A DNA stretch of 59,969 nt, the filler included, from Sphacelaria rigidula (Eukaryota), in NCBI GenBank assembly GCA_964200075.2. It is 4 parts of 4 records of this genome, joined end to end, with 100 filler letters (N's around TTAATTAATTAA, not from the genome) between each part and the next. Parts side by side here need not be neighbours in the genome. Positions count along the whole stretch, not along the records: positions 1 to 14,920 come from CAXNAA020001988.1; 3 more parts are not named here. The stretch is one strand, 5' to 3'. A program made the translations under genes and the position numbers. The notes beneath the pieces are model-generated. The model did not search any database and was not told the DNA's origin. It was given only the letters and a program-made list of their open reading frames with translations. This document shows positions 1 to 11,783 of the stretch, piece by piece (the stretch's first letter is position 1; every line of letters begins with the position of its first letter).

Positions 1-559
1 CCCTTTGCTTCCCTCCTCTTTTTGCCCCGTGCAAGCGGACTAGCGCCGATGGTGGGGGGGGGCGGGGGGGGGGGGGGGGGGGGTACTCATTATCTTTCAT
101 ACCGTAGTCGTGAAACCGTTGACCTCGCATCCCTGCAAAGCCGGGACGGAACACGACGGGTTTTTGCCGGACCAGGCTCGCAATCGATTACCAAGCACAA
201 ATCCCTGTGATATGTTCGGCGAGTCGCATGGAGGGTGAGCTGCATCCTGCTAAGTTCGTTCGGCCCGAAGCGTACCGATCATCTTCCATATTGATCACAG
301 CCTTCAATAAGTTCCTTCATTTTCTGGTATCGCCACTTCCAGAGAGCCACAACTTACACTCTGCCTCATGAGTTTCTCACCATTTAAACACGACGTAGTG
401 TAACCACCCCGTATGCGCGGAGTTGAGATTCTCCCACCACGAACGTAGAATATAGCTCGACCACCATCATGGTCACCGAGAAAAACGCAACCGCGCTATG
501 AAAGAGATTGGCAACCTGGTAACCTAGTTTACGCCGTGGGTGGCCTGGGCCTATCAGAT

Positions 560-1910
560 GGGGAAAAAATATATCCATTCACGATGTCGTTCGAAAGAAA
601 TGTGCTGAGACAAGACTTCACCGTTGGACAACAAGAGTAGGTCATCTCTTGAAATGGCGTAAATTTCACTTTAAAAAAAGTAGTGTGATCCAGATGGACT
701 ACCCTCGCGGTCCGAGGGCTGAATCCTCCTCGAGCACTTGCCAGTCTTTGAGTGATATATCGGCGCACGGGTCGATGCTTGGGCTGTCTACGGCGCACAA
801 GCTCGACAGTCCCAACTTGCGCTGGGCAAGCGTCGGTACAAAGCAGCCGCTATGACGTTCGAAAATAGGGGCATTATCCATTTCTTGTGCTGAGGTGTGT
901 TGTTGACCACTGGGGAGTTAGTTCTGCGGGGAGAATTGTTGGAGACCAATCGTCGTTGTTCCTAGTTACTGTTTTTCAGCGCTTCGGCGGCCGGGATGGA
1001 TTTGTCTATCGTGAGTCGGCATCATTTTCACACATGACGTAAAAAAGACCCGCATGGCCTTTTGGGGGCGAAATTATCGCCCAGTAGATTTTACCCGTTG
1101 GTCGTACACAGTGGTTGATACAATGGCTCGTGCTTGATTATTTATTTGACTTCAGAGTCAATACGATATTCGGATTTCCTCCCCCGTCTTGTTGCCGCTA
1201 CATATCATCCGTTGGATTGGCATCGTTGGATCGGCATCATCTTCACTTGCACTATGACCTGTAACACACAGATAACCCACCCCACCCGGGCTTATTAGGG
1301 TTGACCCTTTGACGGCCGGAGAGGCAGCTTGCTGGGCGGGTATCGTCCTCACTTGAGGAGTCAGTGTAGAGCCCCGATGACCCAGAACGCTGTAGGTCGA
1401 AGGGTCTACCCTTTGGCCGCCAGGGAGGGTCTCAACGGGTTGAGCCTTTGACCGGTTGGAGAGGTGATCCGTTGCATTGGCATTACCTTCACTCGATCGA
1501 TTGATGCATGACACAGATGACCTACTCTCGCGAGCAAGGGTTCAACTCTTTGACAGCGAGGGTGGTTCATCTGGCCTTTACTCATATTTCAAGTAAAATC
1601 GATGCTGGTTCAACAGATGGCCTCTGCCCGGGATCAAATATTCATAACCATTGGTACCGCGGGCATAGTCCATCTCGATCATGCATACTCTTTTCAAGTG
1701 AAATTGATGACAAGTCAATACATGGCCTACTCTCGCCATCAAGTTGACCGCTAGGTTAGATAGATCGTGTGGGTCACGCAGTAAGTCTTTCGGTAAAAGT
1801 GATGCCGATTCAACAGATGACGTACCTTGGCGATTGGTTATAGCGTTGACCGCTTGGTCGCCAAGGTGGGTCATGTGCTGCATTGGCATCACTTCCATTT
1901 GAATGACGAA
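560..1910. repeat. Degenerate ~100-bp repeat arrays in opposite orientations (foldback-like relic)
   Basis: The reverse complement of ~640-715 (accgcgagggtagtccatctggatcacactactttttttaaagtgaaattt) matches 1657-1710 and 1550-1575. Units of the form gttgacc.ttg..gcattggcatca recur at ~1300, 1440 and 1845. Confidence 0.5.
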
Positions 1911-2880
1911 CTCGAGACCAACGTTGCTCACCGTTGCGGTCAAGAGCAGAAAGACAACATTATGCCGCTTTGAAACCTCCAGAAAAAGCTGCAGTTTCGA
2001 CCACAAGTCCAAAAAGTCCAAGACTCTCTTGCATTGCTTCAGGCAAAAGGTGACCGTGCAACCGACGAAAAACACAATGAGGCAGTGAAAGCAGGCTGTG
2101 ATTGAGATGTGTAACGACCTCACGCCTGAGATGTGTAACGACCATACGACTGAGTTTATGTAACGGCTATGCTCGTTGAGCAGGATCCCTCACCGTCGAG
2201 CTCTGCAGGGTCGAGACACAAATATTACGAGACATGCGGCATAAAACGAGGCTAGAAAAATCCGAGGGTCTACATATTACACTCATTACGTGTCACGTGA
2301 TGTCACGTTTCACCTCAATATTCAAGTCAGGGTAGAGTGCTGTACGGTGGGGGACGGGGACCACGTGGGGAGCCCTGTTGGAAAGTCAAGTCAAATCAGG
2401 GCTCCTCACGTACTCCCCCACCGTAGTGTTAGCCTGGCTAAACTTTTGACGACTTTCGACGTGAAACGTGAACGGAACAAGTGTAACGTGTAGACCCTTC
2501 GGAAGACAAAAATAAAAAAGGCGTACAGCGAAAAACAAGTGGAATTGAAAAGAAATAAATCACTCGCCATTTTTTTTTTCCAGTGGTTGCTAGTTTGTTT
2601 GTTTGTTTTTCCTCTTTTTGGTTCATTTATTCTTGGAACACTCCACATGTGTTGGGGTGGATTCTGAAATATTTTTTTTCTCCTCATGCCTTGTTTGTTT
2701 TTGCTCCATCAACAGGTTGGGGAGGTGGTGATGTATTTCCCCCAGGGCCACGCCACGTACCTCCGCACGTTTCCCGAGAACCAAACACCGCCGTACAAGC
2801 TTTTCAAGGGACGACCGGCCGTTGTGCGCTGCCAGGTACCCCTACTTGATTTACAGCACTAATGTAGACGGCTTCGAAAT

Positions 2881-2882
2881 GT

Positions 2883-2929
<47 letters not shown>
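2881..2929. repeat. (GTT)n microsatellite
   Basis: Read directly from the sequence. Confidence 0.95.
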
Positions 2930-3065
2930 CACACCCTGGAGGATAGATTATACTGTCAGAAAATGTACTGCGTACAGTATGAAATCTTTTCTCCCGTGCA
3001 ATAGACGCAGTCGTCGATGCTCTACGCAGTACACTTGATGAATATGGTCAATTGTCCAAGGTGTG
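2930..3065. mobile_element. 136-bp mini-MITE, CACACCCTGG family
   Basis: Ends cacaccctggagga...ttgtccaaggtgtg; flanks ttgttgtt/ttgctgct; its reverse complement aligns to 35529-35666. Confidence 0.75.
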
Positions 3066-3409
3066 TTGCTGCTGCTGATGATGATCACCTCTATTTCTGT
3101 TACTATCACCATTGTTCTTGTTGGACTGATACTACGATTTCACGCACAACGGGGTCACGAGTGTGTTATGCGGCCTCACACATGAATACTGCAGTGGACC
3201 AACATCATCGGTGAAAACGGTGTCGAATAGTTTGAAAATGGACTTGACGTTGATAACAAGGGCGTCCATACGATTACTTCTGCCTGTACCGACGTTTCAA
3301 AGTGGTGCCTTCGTGGTTCAAACCTCTTCCCCCGCCTCCCCCCACACAGTACGGTCACTTGTGAGTAATCGTAGCAGCAGCAGCAGCAAAGTAGAGAAGG
3401 AAACCAGCC

Positions 3410-3630
3410 AACAGTCGACGCAGTGCGGGAGTGCTGATGATCATGATCCAATCCGCGATATCAAAATGTGAGAGTGAGGTGTACCAGGCCACACTCTAGG
3501 AGAAAGATATGGGTTAATCCCTTGAGAGCCACGAACTCGTCCTGAAGGCGGGAGGGAGGGTGTACTCATGATCTTGCATAGGAGGGCGGGGAGGGGAGGG
3601 GTGTAAAGCATCACAGGAAGAAAAAAATCA
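3410..3630 (+). mobile_element. 3' fragment of SINE family 2
   Basis: gtgcgggagtgctga..ccaatccgcga..gggttaatcccttgag..ccacgaactcgtc is shared with 36040-36140. Confidence 0.6.
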
Positions 3631-3728
3631 TGAAAGCTGTTGGATGCTGTTCATATATGGTGTGTTTTTTGTCAAGACAACCTTTTAACCTTTCTCATGT
3701 GCGTTCACTTAATTTTTATTGACTTCAG

Positions 3729-3916
3729 GTAAAAGAACTATCGTACGCATTCCCATCAGACCACGAGGAGAGCGGATGCTACTCCGTCGTGTGCCGTCTG
3801 ACTCTCCAAGTTCTGGGATTCCCGTATCGCGTGAGCGATGCCGTCGTTGCGAGGACCGCCAAAGCTCAGGCGGCTCAGGGCGAGTACCCGCTGGCCTTCC
3901 GCGCGGATTCTTTCAG
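3729..3916 (+). CDS. BRWD-like exon (VKELSYAFPS..VCRLTLQV..)
   Basis: ttcag acceptor and gtacaa donor; ends in phase 2 and joins 4315 in frame. Confidence 0.75.
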
Positions 3917-6867
3917 GTACAACAGCGACCTTTTCAGGTACCTTAGGAACTAGTGCAGGTACAGTGAGCGCAAAAGCCGGAGTCCATTTCGTGCAGTTTT
4001 GCGTTGCTTTGATAAACGGCAAGATACCGTGCGGCCTCTTCACTGCATGTCAAGCAAACTGTGCGTCGTCGTGGAAAAGCGCCCCATATATGTATATTTT
4101 TTTATTTCGCTTGAACTTTTACCGCGATTACTTGTCTCTAGTTTTTTTCTTCCATTTTCTTGTTCTTTCTACACGCTTGTCTCATGAAGCGTACGCGGCA
4201 ACATCTGTCATGTGACATTTAAATATATTTCCTTTTTTTTTCTCTTGACTTTTGAATATTTTATTCTCGGTTTTCTTCTTCTCTTTTTCGCCCATCTCAT
4301 TCGTCTGATTCCAGGCCGCCGGCGGAGGGAGACCAATCAACCACCTTCTCGGTAAGCGTCAGAGATTCTGGGGCAGCGGATTTCCTCGTCCCGGAAAAGC
4401 GGTACGATGAAGCCGTGAACATCGACTGGAAGCCGGCTCAACGTGTAATGATGGAATGGAGGGAGGAGGAAGATGGCACCGGAGGGGGTGGATTGACACC
4501 GTTTTACGGTGAGCAACATTTCGTCCTGATCGAAATACGGGCATCTCCGCGATTATTACACCATCCACACAGTTTTTTTTTTATTGTTATTTTTGTTGGT
4601 GTCGGTGTTGGTGTTGTTTTCGTTCAGGGTTGTCCATTCGTTGTTTAAAATTTTTCCGAGACCTCTGAAAATTTGACTAGTGATTGGTGTTTCTCCTGGA
4701 CGCCAGTCTACATGTCTCTGTATTATATGTGGGCGCATCAGCCGGGGTCACACCGGAGGAAGGGCAACACCAACTCAAGACTGTTTGTGTTTTTTGTTTT
4801 GTTCTAGCTACTCTATCTTCCTCCTGTTGTGTTTGCCTTATCATTTTCACCACCAGAGGAGTTCAGCGGCCCCTTTTCTCTCGTCAACCGTGAAGTCGAA
4901 TGCTTGTGTACCCACGACACAGTCGGTCTCCACTGTTGGGCATGGTGAGGGAAATAGTTCCGGATCGTGTGATTGCACCGAGATTCGAACCCACGATCCA
5001 ACCGTCAGAAGGTTTCGAGGTTACCAACTGAGCCACCGGGGCACTAGAAAATGAGTTGAGTACCTCGCTGGAATATGACACAGGTGTACGATACATGCAA
5101 CTTCAAGCAGTAGTAAACGGATCCATTCCGCTCCCGAATCTAGTGACGATATACGGAGTTGGTGCTTTTTCCCCGCTCTTCAATTTAGATGGAACTCCTC
5201 CAACAACACGCAATCAAACGTCTCTGACCGGAGATCGGAGCAACTGCATCACCGGCCTTTTCACTCAGAAGATCCGTTTTTCTGAGGCAGATGACCATTT
5301 CTGGATGCGGGCTTATGTCCCCCAAATATACTCGGAATAGTCAGCTTGCAACGCTACAGGAACAAAGGGATTATTGAACCTTCGTGGTACAGTAGTACGT
5401 TATATGTTCTGTTTTGTTGTAGAGAGATTATTGAACCTTTTGTAGTACAGTAGTACGTTATATGTTCTGTTTTGTTGTAGAGCGATTATTGAACCTTTTG
5501 TAGTACAGTAGTACGTTATATGTTCTGTTTTGTTTTGTAGGTGTTTAAACATATGTTTACTTACAGTGGTTGAAGATGATTTGTCACAGATTTTTCATAA
5601 ATTTTTTTTGTATATGTATGCCTTGATGATCTATACAACAGGTGTTGTGACGAAGGTGGCCCGGGACCAGAGCAGCGGTGAGGTGTGGCCAAACTCGCCG
5701 TGGGACTGCATCGTCATCAAGTGGGATTCTGACGGGGATAGTTCGGCATCCGGGCCGTGGGAACCTAGACAAGTGAGATCACAGCGGCGTTCTTCATTAC
5801 GTTCTTAACCCTTTTGGCACGGGCAATTGAAAAGTATGGATTTGAAGGTGCTGTTTTTTTAACAACATACGGTCGAATATTTGTAGCTTTCGCGCGAAAT
5901 TATTAGCCCGAGGCGTGTTTTTCAGACACCTTGGAATGAGTTGCTGTACTCGTCTGAGCGATTCCAGGACATGTTCGCGTTTTCCGGTGGCCGCAAATCT
6001 GTTTTTGGCCAAGTAAGCATTGTTGTCCAGAGACGGTCATGTCCAGAGAAAAATGACATTTTTTTTCTAGATTTGACCCGTGATGACTACTGTTCTTGGA
6101 CGAAAAACTCAAGTTTGGTCAAAATAAAAACTGCGGCCACCGGAAAACGCGAAGATTTCCTGGAACCGCTTAAACGAGTGGAGCAAGCCATTCCAAGGTG
6201 TCCAACTCCGCCTAGCTCTCTTTCAGGGCGTAAAACGACGAAGAAAGACTAATGTTTATACAGGACTTTATTTTTATTTGCTATAGAGAGCGGCCTTACT
6301 ATTGATAATACCACGGAAGAAACCCGAACACTTTTTTTTTTCGGTTTTCGAACCGTGGGAGTCTAGACAGGGCGGCCGGTAGTACCGGAATATCATGGTG
6401 AAAAATTTCAATATGCTGATGGAATGAACAATCTCGGACGAACATGGTCTCGCGTGTGCACTAAGTTGATAAAAGGACGTTTTAGCCAAATGTATATACA
6501 AGATGAAATCGAAATCTGTAACGGCGCACGTGGCAAATGTTTGTACCAATTTTTTTCAGGTGACCTGGGCCGAAGGTGAACCCACCCCGCAGCTGGATAC
6601 AACCAAGCTGCGAGCGCACATCCCCTCGAACCTCCGCGATTCCCTCGTTGTCGCCGTGCAAGCAGCGATCGATAGTGACGAGTCGGCAGATTTTCGGATG
6701 CCCGTGCCGGAGGCATTTCACGACTACCCCAACTTCGTCCCCGTCCCGATGGATCTTGGCCTCGTGTTGCGGCGTCTGCAAAATGTGTGTGGGGGACATG
6801 GAGAGGGAATAGGGGGGGGGGGGGGGGGGGGGGGGCCGTGCTATTTTGTTGCTTGTTNNNNNNNNNN

Positions 6868-6937
<70 letters not shown>

Positions 6938-9900
6938 GTGCTCATTTGTTACTTGTCTTGGACGTTTGATCATTGACCACGCGTTCCTTTCGAGACGGAG
7001 CACTGTTCGTACTCCTAATAGAGGCACTTCAACACTCGCATGCTCATTACGTTTCCTCCACACACTACTCAAGAACTTTTCCATATCTCATCCTCGTCCT
7101 GTTTCGCCGTCTGTAGCCACCATCTATCTCCTTGTATAGTTCACAGTTCTGCCACTGTATGAGTTCTGCTCTCTATTGCTCCACTACAGGGGCAATTTTG
7201 TGCATCTACTTCCCCCTCCTCTCGATTACTGGTATACGTCTTCCTTCTTTCTTGCAGGTCCAGGTCCCCGACCCGAAATCGGTGGGGGGAAGGGGGAAGG
7301 GGGGAGGGGGGTACACGAAGTACTAGATGGGGGTTGAGTAGGCGTTTTGGGTCTGTTTCAGACTCCGATACTGTTGGTTGCGCAGTGTATCACTCGACGC
7401 GGTGATATAAGCTGACCGTGATTCGTTTGTGAGCTGCGGCGGCGTGACCGCCGCGAAGTGTGTGGGTGGAAACCTCTCGTCGAAGTAATTCGATAAATGT
7501 GATCTTATGTCTGTGGTCGTGCGGGGCGTCTTTTATGTGGATATTGATAAAATCGTCAAGGCTGAGTTTATCATGGCTCCGGATGACCTACGCCGTGACC
7601 ATGAGTTGTTTTTCTTCTGTCCTTTGCAGTGGGGGTGGGGGTTGGCTTGGACGGGGACCAAGGAGGAGGTGTACTCATCTGTTGCTTGCCTCAGTCATTT
7701 GACCATTGACCACGCATCCTTTTCGAGACGGGGCACTACCGAGGACGGGAGGGGGGAGGGGGGGGCTTATCGACCACGTGGAATCCAAAACACGAACCAA
7801 AGGTTAGCATCAGAAAGATGAATGAAGAATCACACGTGTTCCAATATTCTGTTTCGGCTAACTATGTGTACTCCATCAAACATTCGTACATGAAAGACCT
7901 GAACGAGATGACAAAATTCTCCCATCGTCTCCGCTCCCACCACTGCATGCTGATGGTTTCTTCACGATGATGAATAGCCTCCCCCCCCGGGGGGGGGGAA
8001 CCAGCCTCAGACCTCTGGCGCATACGTACTCACATACCTGCTGTCGTCACACACAAAATACACAGGACTACTATTGCTGTGTGGAAGCCCTGGAGCATGA
8101 CTGCAAGCTCATACGCACCAACTGCGCTCAGTACAACGAGAAAGGATCGGAGATCATCAAGATGGCTGGTCGCGTTGTCAAGCGCCTGTTATCCGCAATC
8201 AGGTCAAGGGTGTCGAGTACTCGCTCAGCCTCCGCTGCCTCCGCTGCTGCCGCTGCCGGAGGCGCCGGCAGCGGGTCTGCGTGGGGCGGCGGAGGGGGAT
8301 CTTCGGGTGCCAGCGGCGGTGGGGCGGGTGCCGACGGGGCCGACGGAGATTATGTCGAAGCTGAGGATGCGATGGACACGGTGAGTCACGGCGGATATCT
8401 TGTCGGTAACGGCGGCGGCGGCACCAGTGGTGGAGGGGGGAGCGGTGGCGGTAGGACTAGCGGTGGCGGTAGCTCCAGTGCAGGGTTTGGCGGCGGAGGA
8501 AGTGGCGGCAGAGAGTCGGGCAGGACAAACAAACCGGTGAGTCTTTTTTTCATGTCGTTCTCGGCGTCTGTGTCCTGTGCTTGTGTGGCCCGTCGCCCGT
8601 CTCCCCCAAGGACCACCATACCCCGACACTACGCCTGCGTTCCGTAATGGGCGTCCCGTGTTCCCCCGGTGGTCAACATTCCTGATTTTATCGTGGATGT
8701 TTTGGTACCTTTCTTGTCTATATTGTGACAGCCGAAGAAGCGCGGCAGGGGACGACCGCGAAAATACCCGAAAGCTCAATCTGCCTACCAAGAGGAAGGT
8801 GAGAGTGCATGCTTTTTCTTTCTCATCTGGTGTGCATCTTTAGTGAGAAACTCGCTGATTGATCCCCGTGGCGTTCTTCTTTTTTTTAATATGAAATCAG
8901 TTTACGTTGACGTGCTGCGTACCGGAGTATGGGTACCGTGACCGAGTAATGTGTTTTGCGTTACTTGCACCTATGCCGGGGGCGCGTTTTTACGAAATTT
9001 GTCTTCGAGAGCTAAACAACACGTCAAACTTGGACCAATTTTCAAGGACTGTATGAAGCATACGTGGCCAGTAACAGCTTGTAAAGCCGCTAACGGTAAA
9101 TAATGGCCTCAAACCATTATCCAAAATTTTCATGTAATCATTACCATTATTACCATTGTAATGATAATGGCCAGTTATAACTGGTACCATTTCCGAGCTC
9201 TAGCTACAGGAGTATTGAATCGACATCACAATGGAGGACAAGACCCTCATGATTTCACCTCACAATCATCACACCAATGGTGAAATATGTCCGCAGTTGA
9301 GGATGGCGACGATGATGAACCTTTCGGGAGCGGGCCGAAGCGAAAGGGCAAGAAACGTGCGCAACCAGAAGGAGGGAGAGGCCGTGGCCGTGGCTCAGGT
9401 ACATACTACTACATGGAGTTGATGAAGTAGTGCCGTGTACATCGTGTAGTCTTTTCCCCGGGTGGATACCTTGCCAGCACGCGCTCATGTGCGTGTGCAC
9501 AGGGTAGACATGTGGATCCGCAAAAGGAGGACATCATCCCGAGTGTGCACCATGTTTTTGTGAGTGTACGTAGAAGTGTAGGAGTCGCCACTCATGTCCG
9601 GGAAGTAAATATATCGAAATCCTCCTCGCATTCGAGTGTCGGCTCGCCAGTTTTCGTTTTCTTCTTGTCCTCCGCACATATTGAATTCGTCATTCTTCTT
9701 TGTGCCCAACTCTCCGCGCTGTATCGTAGGTGCTGGTAGTACTAACGGTGTATCGCCGAGGACTGGTCGAGCGCGGCGATCGTCGAGTGCAGGGAGCGCG
9801 AGGAGTGAAGGTTCTATCGCTGACAACACTAGCACTACCGGTGCGCGGGCGTCAAAGCGGCGCCGAACACCGACGGGTTACTCCCAAGATTGGGATGTCA

Positions 9901-11783
9901 GTCAGGAGGAGGAACCCGAAGAGGAAGAGGAGGAGGAAGAGGAGAGGGAAGAGGTTGAACAGGCAGAGGAGGAGGGGCAAGGAGGGGAGGAAGAAGAGGG
10001 AGGGGTGGGTAATTACCAAGAAGGGATGTTGAATATGGATCAGGATGAGCAGGAGGAGGACTATCGAGAAATTTATGATGAGCATGAAAATGGCTACGGG
10101 GATCAGCAATACGGTAGCAGTATTGAACATCGGGGCAATGGTCATCATCAGGAGGAGGAAGAGGAAGAGGAAGAGGAAGGGGAGCACGGTTATCAGCAAT
10201 ACGGCAGGAGTGATGAACATCGGGGCAATGGTCATCATCAGGAAGAGGAAGAGGAAGAGGAAGGGGAGCAGGGGGAGGAAGAGGAAGGGGAGGAGGAGGA
10301 GGAGGAAGAAGAAGAAGAGCAAGAGGACGAGGAAGAGGAGGAAGGGGACAACGAGGGTGAGGAAGGTGGCTACGGCTATTCGAACGGTGAGTTCTAGTGT
10401 TGAAAATTGGAGGGGTCCGGTGATGGCATTGTTCATAATAGTTTCCTCGACGCGTGTTTCTCCCGATGTGTATTTTCCGTCCCTTGTTGCAGCACGTCAT
10501 CCGAATCAGAAAGTGCGCTGTGCTCCCTTTCCACTCGTACACGTGGCAAGATGTGTTTCGTTGGGACACGGTTTATGAAGAGTTCCTGGAGGGGTTTTAC
10601 CTGCGTATTGTCATTGGCTTGTTTTGACATAAAGTAGTCATGATGTTGAAATCGACTACAACATGTTCGGAGTTGCTGCTATGAACTAGTTGTGCCACTT
10701 CGTTGCTAAATTTGGGTCGCTAAAACAGTCGTTTCTACCCTGTAGAGGGAAAAGAACATTAATTCGAATGGGTACTGCATCGCCACAGCTGGATCCCACA
10801 CGAGTGAAAATCCGTGGACATTATTGGAGCTTCTACACTAGGCCGAGAACTTCCGATGTAGTCGGCAGTATGTGTCATTCATGCACTTATGCACATTTTC
10901 GCCACGTGATGCGAACAAAAATGACCCTACTCTTCAATTCAAAGGTGACCATCAGGGGATGTTCAATGGCAATGATGGCGGCGACGGCGGGGGCTATGAC
11001 TATGACCCTAGCAGCGGCGCCAGCAGCGGTGGCGGAAGCTACAGCGGTGGTGCTGGCGCTGGCGCTGGCGCTGGCGGAGGCTTCATGTCTAACGATGACA
11101 GAGGCGACGGCGGTGCCGGTAGCACGGGCAGCTACAGCAATCACGGTGGCGTTCGAGAATCAGCGGCTTCCGCCGCCCAACGCGCGTTAAGTCCGGTGGT
11201 GCTTGACATGTTGAAGTACCAGGAGGACTTGTTGGATAGCCACGGGGCGCGGGAGATAGTTTTGTGGTTGGCGCAACAAGTGTGGCAGGAGCCTCCACCG
11301 CCGATAGAAGTGAACATGGCGGAGGTCACGGACTACATGTTGTCTTTGCTGAGCGCAGCCGACGAGCACGCGGTATTCGCCGAGCCGGTATCCGAAGAAG
11401 CCGCGCCGGGGTACATGGCGGCGATCCGATGGCCGATGGATTTCGGAACGATTTCCGAGCGTGCGCGCAACCAGAACTGGTATCGCTCCGTTAATGCCTT
11501 GCAGGACGACCTTGTCCTTGTCTTCGGCAATTGCTTGACGTACAATGAACCGGACACACCATTTGCACATCTGGCCATCACGATGACTAAGCAGGCGCAC
11601 CATGCTTGGGCTGAAGCATTGGCTGCTGTTTCTAGAGCTAAAGGGTGGGTGCGGGGAGGGATGGGAGCAGCCGGTTGGGATGGTGGGGGTGGAGCTGGAG
11701 CTGGAGGTGTCTCCCCTCCCCCTTTCCCCGGAGGGAGAGGAGGTGGGAAGGGGAAAAAGAGGGCACGCTCACCGACAGTGTAA
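3729..11783 (+). CDS. BRWD: BRWD/PHIP-like bromodomain protein, 5'-partial. Exons 3729-3916, 4315-4508, 5642-5772, 6560-6784, 8066-8536, 8732-8798, 9297-9398, 9730-10386, 10945-11783 (2874 nt, 957 aa + TAA)
   Basis: All introns are GT-AG and the phases join into one open frame. Motifs: DFLVPEKRYDEAVNIDWKPAQRV..FYGVV..WPNSPWDCIVIKWD..GPWE (BRWD/PHIP Tudor-like region), bromodomain 1 (FRMPVP..DYPNFVPVPMDL..NCAQYN), bromodomain 2 (FAEPV..PGYMAAIRWPMDF..NCLTYN). The N-terminal WD40 part is not in this contig, so the family call rests on the C-terminal half. Confidence 0.88.
4315..4508 (+). CDS. BRWD-like exon (DFLVP..W..RV..FY)
   Basis: Pyrimidine tract plus ccag acceptor, gtgagc donor, conserved DFLV motif. 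Confidence 0.85.
4725..5042 (-). mobile_element. tRNA-derived SINE family 1 (intronic)
   Basis: Minus-strand head GCCCCGGTGGCTCAGTTGG (A box)..GGTTCGAATC (B box); body is shared with the copies at 13862, 17716 and 53586. Confidence 0.8.
5368..5540. repeat. Three tandem copies of a ~59-bp unit (intronic)
   Basis: gattattgaaccttttgtagtacagtagtacgttatatgttctgttttgttgtag repeated three times. Confidence 0.9.
5642..5772 (+). CDS. BRWD-like exon (WPNSPWDCIVIKWD..PWE)
   Basis: acag acceptor and gtgaga donor; SPW and PWE motifs. Confidence 0.85.
5920..6204. repeat. Intronic inverted repeat, ~90-bp arms and ~100-bp loop
   Basis: gacaccttggaatg..ttcgcgttttccggtggccgca pairs with tgcggccaccggaaaacgcgaa..cattccaaggtgtc. 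Confidence 0.85.
6560..6784 (+). CDS. BRWD-like exon, N-half of bromodomain 1
   Basis: ttttcag acceptor and gtgtgt donor; 75 codons; F.PV..Y..VP.PMDL..RRL. Confidence 0.88.
8066..8536 (+). CDS. BRWD-like exon, C-half of bromodomain 1 plus Gly/Ser linker
   Basis: cacag acceptor; DYY..LEHDCKLIRTNCAQYNE; gtgagt donor at 8537, with an alternative in-frame gtgagt at 8381. Confidence 0.85.
8732..8798 (+). CDS. Micro-exon encoding an AT-hook (PKKRGRGRPRKYP)
   Basis: gacag acceptor and gtgaga donor; canonical RGRP core with basic flanks; phases 0/1 fit the neighbouring exons. Confidence 0.82.
9297..9398 (+). CDS. BRWD-like exon (EDGDDDEPFGSGPKRKGKKR..RGRGRG)
   Basis: ccgcag acceptor and gtacat donor; phase 1/1. 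Confidence 0.75.
9730..10386 (+). CDS. BRWD-like exon, Glu-rich acidic region
   Basis: cgtag acceptor and gtgagt donor; same frame as ORF 9636..10397; phase 1/1. Confidence 0.8.
10945..11783 (+). CDS. BRWD-like terminal exon with bromodomain 2
   Basis: aaag acceptor; complete bromodomain at ~11330-11620; basic C-terminal KGKKRARSP; TAA stop. Confidence 0.9.

Noticed and set aside
2321-2850. MITE with tcaagt.agggta-like ends
   Set aside because: The inverted match is short and imperfect and the TSD is ambiguous, so it was not called.
4965-5042. Functional tRNA gene (also at 13862, 17920 and 53805)
   Set aside because: The acceptor stem is poor and each is attached to a shared ~250-bp body, so these are SINE heads.
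6810-6935. Poly-Gly/poly-Pro coding tract or G-quadruplex array (also 53-83 and 47483-47650)
   Set aside because: These homopolymer runs are intronic or non-coding, two of them adjoin N gaps, and their lengths are unreliable.
9852-10578. ORFs 9852..10436(-), 9898..10569(-) and 10045..10578(+)
   Set aside because: They are shadow frames of the GAG/GAA-rich BRWD exon.
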